Shown one piece after another: positions 1 to 8,924 of a stretch of DNA of 64,000 nt. The notes beneath the pieces are model-generated. The model was not told the origin of the DNA. It made no database searches and worked only from the letters and a program-made list of their open reading frames with translations. The stretch spans positions 17,539 to 81,538 of the forward strand of contig CAJXOR010000001.1 in NCBI GenBank assembly GCA_913057715.1, written 5' to 3'. Source of the DNA: an uncultured Moraxellaceae bacterium. GTDB lineage: Bacteria > Pseudomonadota > Gammaproteobacteria > Pseudomonadales > Moraxellaceae. Each line of letters opens with the position of its first letter. The stretch's first letter is position 1. The translations under genes and the position numbers were made by a program.

Positions 1-319
1 GCATCAGCCGAGTCAGCTCGCTTTGGTTAAGGTTGCTGCGTCCACTGAGTTTGAGTTTGGTTTTTTGACGGGTTTTGAGGATCGCGAGGTCCTGGCTATC
101 GCTGGTTCGGGCATAGACAAAGCAGCGTTCATGCTCAAAGTGGATAAAACGGCGCGCATCGATGTGGCGAAAGCTCTTGCCACGAAACAAGATGTAGATC
201 GACTCAAGCAGACTCGTCTTACCGGAGCCATTTGGTCCAAAAAACAGGTTGCAGCGGGTTAGGGGTAGATCAATCTTGCCCAGATTGCGCACGCCCTGCA
301 CGCTGAGCCTTGTTAACAC
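1..319 (-). CDS. recF: DNA replication/repair protein RecF, N-terminal part (gene runs off the window edge)
   Basis: Absent from the ORF track (edge-truncated, GTG start at 319). My minus-strand translation from 319 reads VLTRLSVQGVRNLGKIDLPLTRCNLFFGPNGSGKTSLLESIYILFRGKSFR, with Walker A GPNGSGKTS. It follows the canonical dnaA-dnaN-recF order. Confidence 0.85.
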   Translation of the reverse strand, partial: MLTRLSVQGVRNLGKIDLPLTRCNLFFGPNGSGKTSLLESIYILFRGKSFRHIDARRFIHFEHERCFVYARTSDSQDLAILKTRQKTKLKLSGRSNLNQSELTRLM

Positions 320-355
320 CGCAGGTCAATCACGTCAGTTCGCCGCAAAAGCAAA

Positions 356-1510
356 CTAGATGCGCATCGGCATGATCACGTACTGAAAATCCGCCATCTC
401 GGAGGAGTTGACCAGCACCGAGGCGTTCGGGTCGGTTAAGTTAAGACGCAGCGGGCCATCGAAGACATTGATCACATCGAGCAAGTAGGAGGCGTTGAAC
501 TGAACCTCGATCTCATCGCCATTGTAATCCACCTGCAGATCTTCAACTGCCTCGTCTTGTTCAGCATTATTGGCACGCACTTGCAGCTTGCCCTCAGGCT
601 TAAACTCAAAGATTACCCCGCGCGAGCGCTCGTGGGACAGGATCGAGACGCGCTGCAACACTTGCTTGATTTGATCACGATCCACGGTGGCGACTTTGGT
701 GGTGTCCTGCATCATCACCCGCAAGTAGTCAGGGAACTTGCCATCGATCAGGCGAGCGGTGAACTGCGTAACCAAGGTCACACCTTCAGGTGCGCCCTTG
801 ATTTGCGGGGTGATGTCGATCACCACTTGTAAAAACTCACGTCCCACCGCGAGCTGCAGATCACCCTGTTCGCTTCCCAGCAGTCGTTGCAGTTCATTGA
901 TTGCTTTACGCGGCACCACCGCTTGCAACGTCTCACTTATGTTTTGCGCGGTTTTAGCGCGGCCAAAAGCCAAGCGGTGACCGTCGGTTGCGATGGTGCG
1001 GATCTCATCCCCTTCCACCTCAAACAGCATGCCGGTTAAGTAAAACCGCACGTCTTGAACCGCCATGGCAAAACCAGTGCCCGCGATCAGCTGCTTCAGA
1101 TCGCTACGGGACACCGTCACTTGCTCTGGCTGATCAGGACTGCCTAAAGTGGGGAAATCAGCCGCTGGCAAAGTCCCCATGCTAAAGCGTGAGGAGCCTG
1201 CCTTGATGGTGCATTTGTCGGCAGCGCTGAGCGCCAGTTGCACTTGAGCGCCCGGCGGCAGTGATTTGATGATGTCGATCAATTTTTTAGCCGGCATGGT
1301 GATGGCACCAGCCTCAATACAGGCACCCTCTGGCAAACTCAGCGTGGTTTTAAGCTCAAGCTCCAAATCAGATGCGGTCAGCACTAACTGCTCAGGGCTT
1401 AACTCAAATTTGATGTTCGCGAGCACCGCCATCGGATTTCTGCGCTCAACAGCGCTTGCCACTGAAGAAAGTGACTCAAGCAAAAGTTCACGGTTTACGT
1501 TGAGCTGCAT
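356..1510 (-). CDS. dnaN: DNA polymerase III beta sliding clamp
   Basis: 384-aa ORF with N-terminus MQLNVNRELLLESLSSVASAVERRNPMAVLANI and C-terminus YVIMPMRI, both typical of DnaN. It lies immediately downstream of dnaA. Confidence 0.97.
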   Translation of the reverse strand: MQLNVNRELLLESLSSVASAVERRNPMAVLANIKFELSPEQLVLTASDLELELKTTLSLPEGACIEAGAITMPAKKLIDIIKSLPPGAQVQLALSAADKCTIKAGSSRFSMGTLPAADFPTLGSPDQPEQVTVSRSDLKQLIAGTGFAMAVQDVRFYLTGMLFEVEGDEIRTIATDGHRLAFGRAKTAQNISETLQAVVPRKAINELQRLLGSEQGDLQLAVGREFLQVVIDITPQIKGAPEGVTLVTQFTARLIDGKFPDYLRVMMQDTTKVATVDRDQIKQVLQRVSILSHERSRGVIFEFKPEGKLQVRANNAEQDEAVEDLQVDYNGDEIEVQFNASYLLDVINVFDGPLRLNLTDPNASVLVNSSEMADFQYVIMPMRI

Positions 1511-1649
1511 GATAGAAACCCTTTTTTATTAAAAATGTCACCGATGGACACCGCTGAGTTTAGCAAAACTACGACCCTCAGGGCACATCGATAAAGTAGC
1601 CCATAAATTAACGCATAATTAAATTTAGCGCTCAATAAAACAGGGATCA

Positions 1650-2948
1650 TCAGCGCTCAAGCAAACGCATGATCTGCTGATAATCCTGCTCAACTTGGTG
1701 ATCATCAACGATCATTTTCTCAATCGTATCGACCGCATGCATCACCGTTGAGTGATCACGCCCGCCAAAGGCGGCGCCGATGTCGGGGTAACTTAAACTG
1801 GTGAGTTTTCGAGCGATGTGCATGGCAATTTGACGAGGACGGGCAATTGCTCGGGTGCGCTTTTTACCCAGCATGTCTTTGATGTTTAAACCGAAGTGCT
1901 CGCTCACCACCTTTTGGATGTTGGGGAGGCTCGCGGTCTGCTGACGAATCGAGATGATGTCTTTTAGGGCATTTTGTACCAGCGGCAAATCAATCGGGGT
2001 GTCTTTAAAGCGCGCGACAGCCACCACCTTGTTGAGCGCTCCCTCAAGCTCACGCACGTTAGCCACCACGTGACGGGCGATGAACTCAGCGCAATCTACC
2101 GGCAGCTGCTTAGAAACCCGTTCGGCCTTTTTGGTCAAAATCCCCACCCGGGTATCAAAGTCTGGTGGCTCAACCCCAACCGAGAGTCCCCAAGAAAAGC
2201 GTGATTTTAAGCGCTCATCAAAGTCGTTCATGGAGGAGGGGTAGCGATCAGCGGCGAGCACCAACTGTTTGCCGCTTGCGATCAAATCGTTGAACAAGGA
2301 CAAAAACTCGAGGCTGCTTTTGTCTTTTTTAGCCAGCATGTGGATGTCATCGACTAAGAGCAGATCACAATCACGGGTTTTTTTCTTAAACGCATCGACG
2401 TTATCGCCGCGTACGCTTGAGACAAACTGATTGATGAACTGCTCAGAGGTCATGTACAGCACCCGCTTGCCCTCAGCTTGAACTTCATGACCCAACGCGT
2501 GCATCAGGTGAGTTTTACCCAAGCCGGTTGAGCCATACAAAAACAAAGGGTTGTGTTCGCTGCTGCCGAGGTTCTCTAGAACATGCCGAGCTGTTTCAAA
2601 TGCCATGTGATTGGATTCACCGACAAAAAACTGCTCAAAAGTGAATTGGGGGTTAAGCTGCTGCTGTCTGAGCTTTTTTTCTTTGATCGCTGGTGTGTCG
2701 CTTGGCACTTGGATCAGTACCTGTTCCGCCTCGCCGCGCGAAGCAAACTTGGCAAAGGACTGAATCTGACCCAAATAGTTCTCGGTGACATGTTTGACAA
2801 ATTGCTGGTTGGGGGCGTTTAGCGTCAAGCTTCCTTGGGTGGTTTTAGGCGCGACTTTGAGCGGCTCCACCCACAGGGCGTAATCCTTTTCACCAATCTC
2901 AGCGCGCAGGGCTTCAGCGCAACGCTTCCACAGGGCATCCATGCTCAT
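1650..2948 (-). CDS. dnaA: Chromosomal replication initiator DnaA
   Basis: AAA+ Walker A GSTGLGKTHL, Walker B LLLVDDIH, and C-terminal DNA-binding helix GGRDHSTVMHA. The ORF is open from 2978, but the start MSMDALWKRC at 2948 is more plausible. Confidence 0.96.
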   Translation of the reverse strand: MSMDALWKRCAEALRAEIGEKDYALWVEPLKVAPKTTQGSLTLNAPNQQFVKHVTENYLGQIQSFAKFASRGEAEQVLIQVPSDTPAIKEKKLRQQQLNPQFTFEQFFVGESNHMAFETARHVLENLGSSEHNPLFLYGSTGLGKTHLMHALGHEVQAEGKRVLYMTSEQFINQFVSSVRGDNVDAFKKKTRDCDLLLVDDIHMLAKKDKSSLEFLSLFNDLIASGKQLVLAADRYPSSMNDFDERLKSRFSWGLSVGVEPPDFDTRVGILTKKAERVSKQLPVDCAEFIARHVVANVRELEGALNKVVAVARFKDTPIDLPLVQNALKDIISIRQQTASLPNIQKVVSEHFGLNIKDMLGKKRTRAIARPRQIAMHIARKLTSLSYPDIGAAFGGRDHSTVMHAVDTIEKMIVDDHQVEQDYQQIMRLLER

Positions 2949-3083
2949 AAAAACCTCAAAAACCAATAACAAATGCAAAATTGCTCAAAATCTACTCATA
3001 TCGCCCGTATTCCCTGAGGGGGTTGGGATGCGATTTAGTCTACCCAAGTTGAGTAGATTACGCCAAAGTTTTTATCAAGGATA

Positions 3084-3658
3084 TGTGGATAATTATGTTT
3101 ATAGCTTTGCTCATAACTTGGGCAGAATCAGGGGGTTAAAAGCAACCATCAAATTATCCCCTGATCACCTCCCAACCTTAGGATTAAAAAGTAATCAGGT
3201 TATACACATGGTAAGATACTGAATCTTATATATTTTTATGATTTATCCTAATTTTCTACTGTCCCTTATCATCTTCAATCTTCTTTTTCTTTAAAAAAAC
3301 ATAAAGAGATGATTGATTGGTTTTCTCAAGATTTTCGGATTGTTAAGTACTTAAATTAAACTGGTTAATTTTTGATCAATAAGCAAATGTCAAGAAATCA
3401 TCTTTTTTCCAGACCATCTGGTTTTTTTCTTAAAACTATAAAAAATGGGCTTGAGGACAGATCTGTTAAAAGTTGTGGGTAAGTAGTGGATAAGCTGTGT
3501 AAAACTGAACAAGCTTAAGATGTTTTACAAAGATAAAGCATAGCTTTAATCTGAGTCAGATCTACTTATTGTTAGAGGTTTGGATCAATTATTGACCTTA
3601 GGATGGATTGGGTTAGTTACATACAAGTTGATTGAATCAGTTTTTTAACTGTGGATAG
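3084..3658. promoter_or_regulatory. DnaA-box cluster in the AT-rich dnaA-rpmH intergenic region (dnaA autoregulation and/or oriC candidate)
   Basis: Perfect TGTGGATAA (the reverse complement of TTATCCACA) at 3084-3092. 8/9 boxes at 3485-3493 (AGTGGATAA) and 3650-3658 (TGTGGATAG). A 7/9 box at 3243-3251. This is an 800-bp non-coding, very AT-rich spacer at the point where coding strands diverge. Confidence 0.6.
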
Positions 3659-3783
3659 TTTTATCATTCACCTGAAAAGCCCAAATAGATGGGTATTTTA
3701 GGGATAAAGTGCGGTTATGGGATTGCGCCTGCGATCAAAAGCGACTAAACTTTCGCCTCTTGTAATTTTGCCGGGGTAGTCCC

Positions 3784-3918
3784 ATGAAACGCACTTTTCA
3801 GCCTACAAATCTAAAGCGTAAACGCGTCCATGGTTTCAGAGCACGTATGGCCACCAAAAAAGGTCGTCAGGTTTTGGCGCGTCGCCGCGCTAAAGGCCGT
3901 CACAAATTGACGGTGTGA
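3784..3918 (+). CDS. rpmH: 50S ribosomal protein L34
   Basis: Below the ORF-track size cut-off. My translation is [44 protein letters not shown], the canonical L34 sequence, directly upstream of rnpA. Confidence 0.95.
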   Translation: MKRTFQPTNLKRKRVHGFRARMATKKGRQVLARRRAKGRHKLTV

Positions 3919-3934
3919 CTTTGAAGCACTGATT

Positions 3935-3958
3935 AAGCGCCTTTTGGCGCTTTTTTTT
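3935..3958 (+). terminator. Rho-independent terminator/attenuator after rpmH
   Basis: Hairpin AAGCGCC-TTTT-GGCGCTT followed by a T-run. Confidence 0.6.
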
Positions 3959-3989
3959 CGCCTGATTTGCTTGAAAAACAGGAGCGGAC

Positions 3990-4481
3990 GTGGACAACAG
4001 CCTGCCAAAAACCGATCGACTGCTCAAGCCAACTGACTTTGCTCAGGTGTTCTCAAACACCCGGCTTAAAGTCCATACCGATCACTTGATTGCACTGATT
4101 GGCTTAACTCAGATTGCAGTTGCGGTCGATGAGACTGCTGCTTTGAGCGCGCCTGATCCTAAACCTAACCAGGTGCGATTGGGTCTGGCAGTCAGTAAAA
4201 AAAAGCTCAAAAAGGCGGTGGATCGAAATCGGCTCAAGCGACTGATTCGCGAACAGCACCGATTGCAAAAGGATCACTTAGCGCAGATTTTGCGTCAGCA
4301 TAATTTGGGTGATTTGGATCTGGTGTTGGTATGTAAGCGCACCCCCGTCGATATGCACGGGGCCTTGTTTGCAGAGTCGAGTGAGCTTTACATTAAGCTG
4401 GCCAGAAAGTTGGTTCAGATCAACCAGCCAGTGAAACCTGCCCGGCGTGCTCATACTCGATCGGATAAGAAAACCAGTTAA
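3990..4481 (+). CDS. rnpA: Ribonuclease P protein component (longer than usual at 163 aa)
   Basis: It occupies the conserved position after rpmH. It has basic RnpA-like motifs ([25 protein letters not shown]), a GTG start, an internal insertion and a basic C-terminal tail. Confidence 0.85.
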   Translation: MDNSLPKTDRLLKPTDFAQVFSNTRLKVHTDHLIALIGLTQIAVAVDETAALSAPDPKPNQVRLGLAVSKKKLKKAVDRNRLKRLIREQHRLQKDHLAQILRQHNLGDLDLVLVCKRTPVDMHGALFAESSELYIKLARKLVQINQPVKPARRAHTRSDKKTS

Positions 4482-4522
4482 GCGCGATTACTTTACTCAC
4501 AACAGATGATGCTGCGCTTGAT

Positions 4523-4864
4523 ATGATCCCAGTAGGAAGCTCAAACCTTGATTCACTCACGGGGCCTGCGCCAATCAAAACCTTGCTTTTATCGCTGATA
4601 CAACTCTACCGGCGCTTTTTAAGCCCAGCGCTTGCGCCGCGCTGTCGGTTCTACCCCACTTGTTCGGCTTACTGCGCCGAGGCGATCGCCCTGCATGGAG
4701 CTGGCAGGGGCACTTGGCTTGGCCTTAAGCGCATCGCGCGCTGCCACCCCTTTGGCGGATCGGGCGTCGATTTTGTGCCTGGCAGTGTTGGCTATCGAAT
4801 TGCCCGCCGATCTCACCACTGTGTTTATCTATCCAAACGACAAGCTGATTCATCTAAGGATTGA
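4523..4864 (+). CDS. yidD: Membrane protein insertion efficiency factor YidD
   Basis: [62 protein letters not shown] matches the YidD signature. It sits between rnpA and yidC. The exact start is uncertain. Confidence 0.8.
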   Translation: MIPVGSSNLDSLTGPAPIKTLLLSLIQLYRRFLSPALAPRCRFYPTCSAYCAEAIALHGAGRGTWLGLKRIARCHPFGGSGVDFVPGSVGYRIARRSHHCVYLSKRQADSSKD

Positions 4865-5066
4865 AGCGCTCCGCCTAGCTAGATGCGAGTACCAAATTGA
4901 TAAAATGCGCACGCTCTCTGCTTGGTTTGCGGTGTCAAGCGTGGGCATTTTGCTGGGCTTTACTCAGGCTTAAGATCAAAGCGCAGCAGTTGGGAATCTG
5001 GCGTAAAAATTTAGTATCATGCACAGCATTTGCCAGCGCTTAAGCTGGCGCAAGCATAGGACAAAC

Positions 5067-6803
5067 ATGCAACCAATCAAACTGCTCAGGCTTTTGGTAC
5101 TGGCCGCGATCTTTGTGGTGGCTTACTTTTTGCTGCAAGCGTGGCGTAGCGACTATGTAATCGGTGCCTCCAGCGCCCCTGCCGCATCTGAACCAGCAGC
5201 CAATCTAGCGAGCAATCCTGCAACCATGGCCCCGCCAGCGACTGGCGCTCCGGTTACAGGCGCTCCTGCAAACGATGAAGCCAATCCGCTGGTGCCTGAG
5301 GCGTTTAATCCGAGTAGCGCTGCTAGCGGCGACACGGCAGCGAGCGCTCCTAATGCGGTAGTTTCAGGCAGTCTGATCACGGTGAACACGGATCTGTATT
5401 TGCTGCAGATTGATCCGGCTGGCGGCGATATCGTGTCGCTCAAATTAAAAAACTACACCACAGAGCTCGATAACAACGTGCCCTTCACGCTGTTTGAAAA
5501 CGACTCGCGGGTTTATAAAGCGGTCTCCGGCCTAAACGGCACCGACGGTATCGATGTCACCTCGCGCGCACCCTTCACCGCGCCGGCGCAAAACTTTGAT
5601 ATGGGTGAGGCAGGCGAGCTCATCGTGCCGCTCAGCTACACTGACGCGGCGGGCCGTGTGTTCACTAAGCGCTTTAGCTTTAAGCGCGGGGAGTACCCGA
5701 TTGATGTGTCTTATCAGATCAACAACCAATCAGATACTCCTTGGCAGGGCGGGTTTTATGCGCAATTGGTCCGCGACGCATCATCCGACCCTGGCATGCA
5801 GAACAACGGCTTTATGGGCCTCGCGACTTACCTGGGCGCTGCTTGGGGCACTGAAGCTGATCCTTACAACAAGCTTAAGTTTAAAAACTTCGGCGATGAC
5901 GCGATCAACTTATCCACCGACAGCGGCTGGATCGCCATGCTGCAGCACTACTTCTTAAGCAGTTGGTTGGTACCAAACGATACCCAAGCGCAGCTCTCCT
6001 CGAACCAGTCAAATGGCCTCTATGTCATGACCATGACGCTGCCGCAAACCACGGTTGCTCCTGGCACCATCGGTAGCATGGGTGCGACGCTTTACGCCGG
6101 TCCTAAGCTTCAGGACACGCTGGATCAGCTCAACCCTACTCTTGATCAGACCGTGGACTACGGTTTCCTTTGGCCAATCGCCAAGGTGATGTTTGAGATC
6201 CTGCAAAAGATCCACAGTGTGCTGGGCAATTGGGGTTGGTCGATCATCGTGCTGACCATCTTGATCAAGTTGGCATTTTTGTGGATATCGAACAAAGCCT
6301 ACCGTTCGATGGCGAAGATGCGCTTGATCGCTCCCAAGATGCAGCGCATGAAAGAAGAGTTTGGCGAGGACCGCATGCGCTTCTCTCAAGAGATGATGAA
6401 GCTGTACAAAGAGGAGAAAGTGAACCCGATCTCAGGTTGCTTGCCGCTTTTGATCCAGATGCCATTTTTCTTAGCGTTTTATTGGGTGTTGGTGGAGAGC
6501 GTGGAGCTCAGACATGCGCCGTGGATTCTGTGGATTCAGGATCTCTCGAGCATGGACCCTTACTTTATCTTGCCGATCTTCATGGGCGCGAGCATGTACG
6601 TGTCGCAGATGTTGAACCCGCAGCCAACCGATCCAACTCAGGCCAAGGTGTTTAAGATCCTGCCGATCATCTTCACTGCGTTCATGTTGTTTTTCCCGGC
6701 GGGTCTGGTGCTTTACTGGACGGTCAACAATCTGTTCACCCTGACTCAGCAGTACGTGATCAACAAGCAGATCGAAAAAGAGGCCGCCGCTCGCGAGGCC
6801 TGA
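5067..6803 (+). CDS. yidC: Membrane protein insertase YidC
   Basis: The C-terminal core NWGWSIIVLTILIKLAFLWISNKAYRSMAKMRLIAPKMQRMKEEFGEDR...GCLPLLIQMPFFLAFYWVL is typical of YidC. The likely start is MQPIKLLRL at 5067, although the ORF is open from 5019. An Ala/Pro-rich linker follows TM1. Confidence 0.95.
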   Translation: MQPIKLLRLLVLAAIFVVAYFLLQAWRSDYVIGASSAPAASEPAANLASNPATMAPPATGAPVTGAPANDEANPLVPEAFNPSSAASGDTAASAPNAVVSGSLITVNTDLYLLQIDPAGGDIVSLKLKNYTTELDNNVPFTLFENDSRVYKAVSGLNGTDGIDVTSRAPFTAPAQNFDMGEAGELIVPLSYTDAAGRVFTKRFSFKRGEYPIDVSYQINNQSDTPWQGGFYAQLVRDASSDPGMQNNGFMGLATYLGAAWGTEADPYNKLKFKNFGDDAINLSTDSGWIAMLQHYFLSSWLVPNDTQAQLSSNQSNGLYVMTMTLPQTTVAPGTIGSMGATLYAGPKLQDTLDQLNPTLDQTVDYGFLWPIAKVMFEILQKIHSVLGNWGWSIIVLTILIKLAFLWISNKAYRSMAKMRLIAPKMQRMKEEFGEDRMRFSQEMMKLYKEEKVNPISGCLPLLIQMPFFLAFYWVLVESVELRHAPWILWIQDLSSMDPYFILPIFMGASMYVSQMLNPQPTDPTQAKVFKILPIIFTAFMLFFPAGLVLYWTVNNLFTLTQQYVINKQIEKEAAAREA

Positions 6804-6816
6804 TTTGATGCGCTTT

Positions 6817-6846
6817 AAGCCGCCCCTTGTGGGCGGTTTTTTTTGT
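6817..6846 (+). terminator. Rho-independent terminator after yidC
   Basis: Hairpin AAGCCGCCC-CTTGT-GGGCGGTTT followed by a T-run. Confidence 0.7.
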
Positions 6847-6935
6847 TCTAAGTATTTGCTCAGGCCAGTTTTTAAGGCTTTAAGTAAAATGCCCTCGCTA
6901 GTCAGATCGGCGAAGCGTCAAGGCTGAGCTACGAG

Positions 6936-7224
6936 TTATCCCGAGCTATCCATCAATTAATCACAACTAACCCGCAGAGTTAACCTCAGATTTATCCACA
7001 GCTGGGACGGACTAATTTGATGATTGGTCATATGAGCTTAAGTTGTTCTGGTTCAATGCTCAGCTTATCCCGGAGTTATCCGCAGGGTTATACGCGCAAG
7101 ATTTTAAGTTATCCACAGTCGGTTGAGATATCCACCGAGTATGATCAGCTTATTTACTGCTTATACCTCGGTTATCTATTAGATATACCTAAGTTATCAC
7201 TGGTTTATCCAGTGCTTATACCCA
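6936..7224 (+). promoter_or_regulatory. Phased array of DnaA-box-like 9-mers (oriC candidate) between yidC and mnmE
   Basis: Perfect TTATCCACA boxes at 6992-7000 and 7109-7117. Same-orientation variants start at 6936, 6946, 7065, 7076, 7088, 7128, 7150, 7161, 7172, 7183, 7194, 7205 and 7216. The last seven are spaced exactly 11 bp apart. An AT-rich tract at 7225-7345 follows. Confidence 0.65.
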
Positions 7225-7384
7225 GATTGTCCTCAATCTAACTTATTAAAAAACAACATAATTATTGGTTTATCCTCAGATAAAAAGACATTTTACTCAA
7301 TAAATAAACCGCGCTCATAAACGATCTATTTTTAAAAACCAGCATGAGGATAGATTTGCTAGCATGGCGCTATCAAGTGGAGCT

Positions 7385-8755
7385 ATGGATAACTTTGTGA
7401 ACACTTCTACCATCGCCGCGATCGCAACGGCGCAAGGGGCAGCCGGAGTGGCAATCGTGCGCTTAAGCGGGCCGCGCGCACTGGCGATTGCCTGTGAGCT
7501 AAGCGGCAAGGTCGATCTGCAGCCTAGACAGGCGGTGTACGCGCGGGCGCTGGCTAGCGATGGCTCGCTGATTGATCAAGGGGTGCTGATTTACTTTAAA
7601 GCGCCAAACTCCTTTACCGGAGAGGAAGTGGTCGAGTTTCAGGGGCATGGCGGGGTGCAGCTCCCAAGACTGGTGCTGGCGCGCTGTTTTGAGCTTGGCG
7701 CCGTGCAGGCGGGGCCGGGTGAGTTTTCCGCGCGCGCTTATCTGAACAACAAGATGGACCTGCTGCAGGCAGAGAGCATCGCCGATGCGATCCACGCCAG
7801 CTCTGAGGCTGCCGCGCGGGGTGCTGTGCGCTCGCTCTCAGGTGAGTTCTCCTCACGCGTCGATGCGCTGCTCGCGGATCTGATTCACCTCAGGCTTTAT
7901 GTGGAGTCCTCCATCGATTTTCCTGATGAGGAAGGGGTGGAGTTTTTGGGGGATCAGCAGTTAAGCGGGTTGCTGGGTAAAGTTGAAGTTGATCTTGAGT
8001 CGCTTGCGCGTGCGGCCAAACAGGGGCAGCTGCTCAGAGACGGGGCGAATCTGGTGATCGCCGGACTCCCAAACGCCGGTAAATCTAGTCTGCTAAACGC
8101 ACTGGCCGGAGTCGATCGGGCGATAGTGACCTCTGAGGCTGGTACCACGCGCGACGTGCTGACTGAGCACCTGCTCATCGATGGACTGGCTTTAAATGTC
8201 ACTGATACCGCAGGGCTGCGCGACACCGACAACTTAGCTGAGCAAATCGGTATCGAGCGCGCTCGCGCGGCGATCCAGGCGGCGGATCTGCTGCTGGTGG
8301 TGTTTGATGTCACCCAGATCAGTGATCCCTTTGCACACGCTCAGGCGCTGCTGCAAACTGATACGGAGACTGAGTTCGATCCCAGCCGCCTGCTGCTCGT
8401 AGCCAACAAAGTAGATCTGCTCGAAACCAACCCGCATAACCAAGATCAGAACCTGCTCAGTATCTCAGCCAAACATGGCGCGGGTCTGGATAGACTGAAA
8501 AATGCCATCCATGAACGCATCGGTTTTGATCCGCAGCCTGACGCTCTGATCGCGCGCACTCGCCACCTAGATGCGCTGCTCAGAGTCTCTGGGTTTGTGG
8601 AGGAGGCGCGGACGCAGCTTAGCATTTACGCCTCAGGTGAGCTTGCTGCTGAAAGCCTGCGCCTTGCTCAAGAAGCGCTCTCAGAGATCACCGGAGAGTT
8701 CACCTCAGATGATTTGCTGGGTGAGATCTTTGGCTCGTTTTGTATCGGCAAGTGA
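7385..8755 (+). CDS. mnmE: tRNA modification GTPase MnmE (TrmE/ThdF)
   Basis: N-terminus TIAAIATAQGAAGVAIVRLSG, G-domain GLPNAGKSSLLNAL and DTAGLR, and the conserved C-terminal FCIGK*. The likely start is MDNFVN at 7385, although the ORF is open from 7364. Confidence 0.95.
   Translation: MDNFVNTSTIAAIATAQGAAGVAIVRLSGPRALAIACELSGKVDLQPRQAVYARALASDGSLIDQGVLIYFKAPNSFTGEEVVEFQGHGGVQLPRLVLARCFELGAVQAGPGEFSARAYLNNKMDLLQAESIADAIHASSEAAARGAVRSLSGEFSSRVDALLADLIHLRLYVESSIDFPDEEGVEFLGDQQLSGLLGKVEVDLESLARAAKQGQLLRDGANLVIAGLPNAGKSSLLNALAGVDRAIVTSEAGTTRDVLTEHLLIDGLALNVTDTAGLRDTDNLAEQIGIERARAAIQAADLLLVVFDVTQISDPFAHAQALLQTDTETEFDPSRLLLVANKVDLLETNPHNQDQNLLSISAKHGAGLDRLKNAIHERIGFDPQPDALIARTRHLDALLRVSGFVEEARTQLSIYASGELAAESLRLAQEALSEITGEFTSDDLLGEIFGSFCIGK
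8725..8753 (+). repeat. Left direct repeat (att-like) in the mnmE 3' end
   Basis: 28 of 29 nt are identical to 18050-18078. Confidence 0.85.
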
Positions 8756-8924
8756 ATATGAAGTTTAATGAAGCTGAGACAAGAGTAAATTATTTTAAGC
8801 TGAGCTATTTTCTAAGTTTGAATTTTAAAAAAGATCACATTATTTGTATAAGATGAAATAGCAAAAATTAATCAAAAGTGAACTTAACCCAGCATTTTTG
8901 CTTCAGAGAGTTTGTATATTGAAA

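Noticed and set aside
7017-7241. 74-aa plus-strand ORF (MMIGHMSLSCSGS...SYPQ...) between yidC and mnmE
   Set aside because: Its sequence is generated by the repeated TTATCC(A/G)C DnaA-box-like motif, which gives recurrent LSYP/VYP/LIP peptides. It has no RBS or protein-like features, so I treat it as non-coding origin or regulatory DNA.
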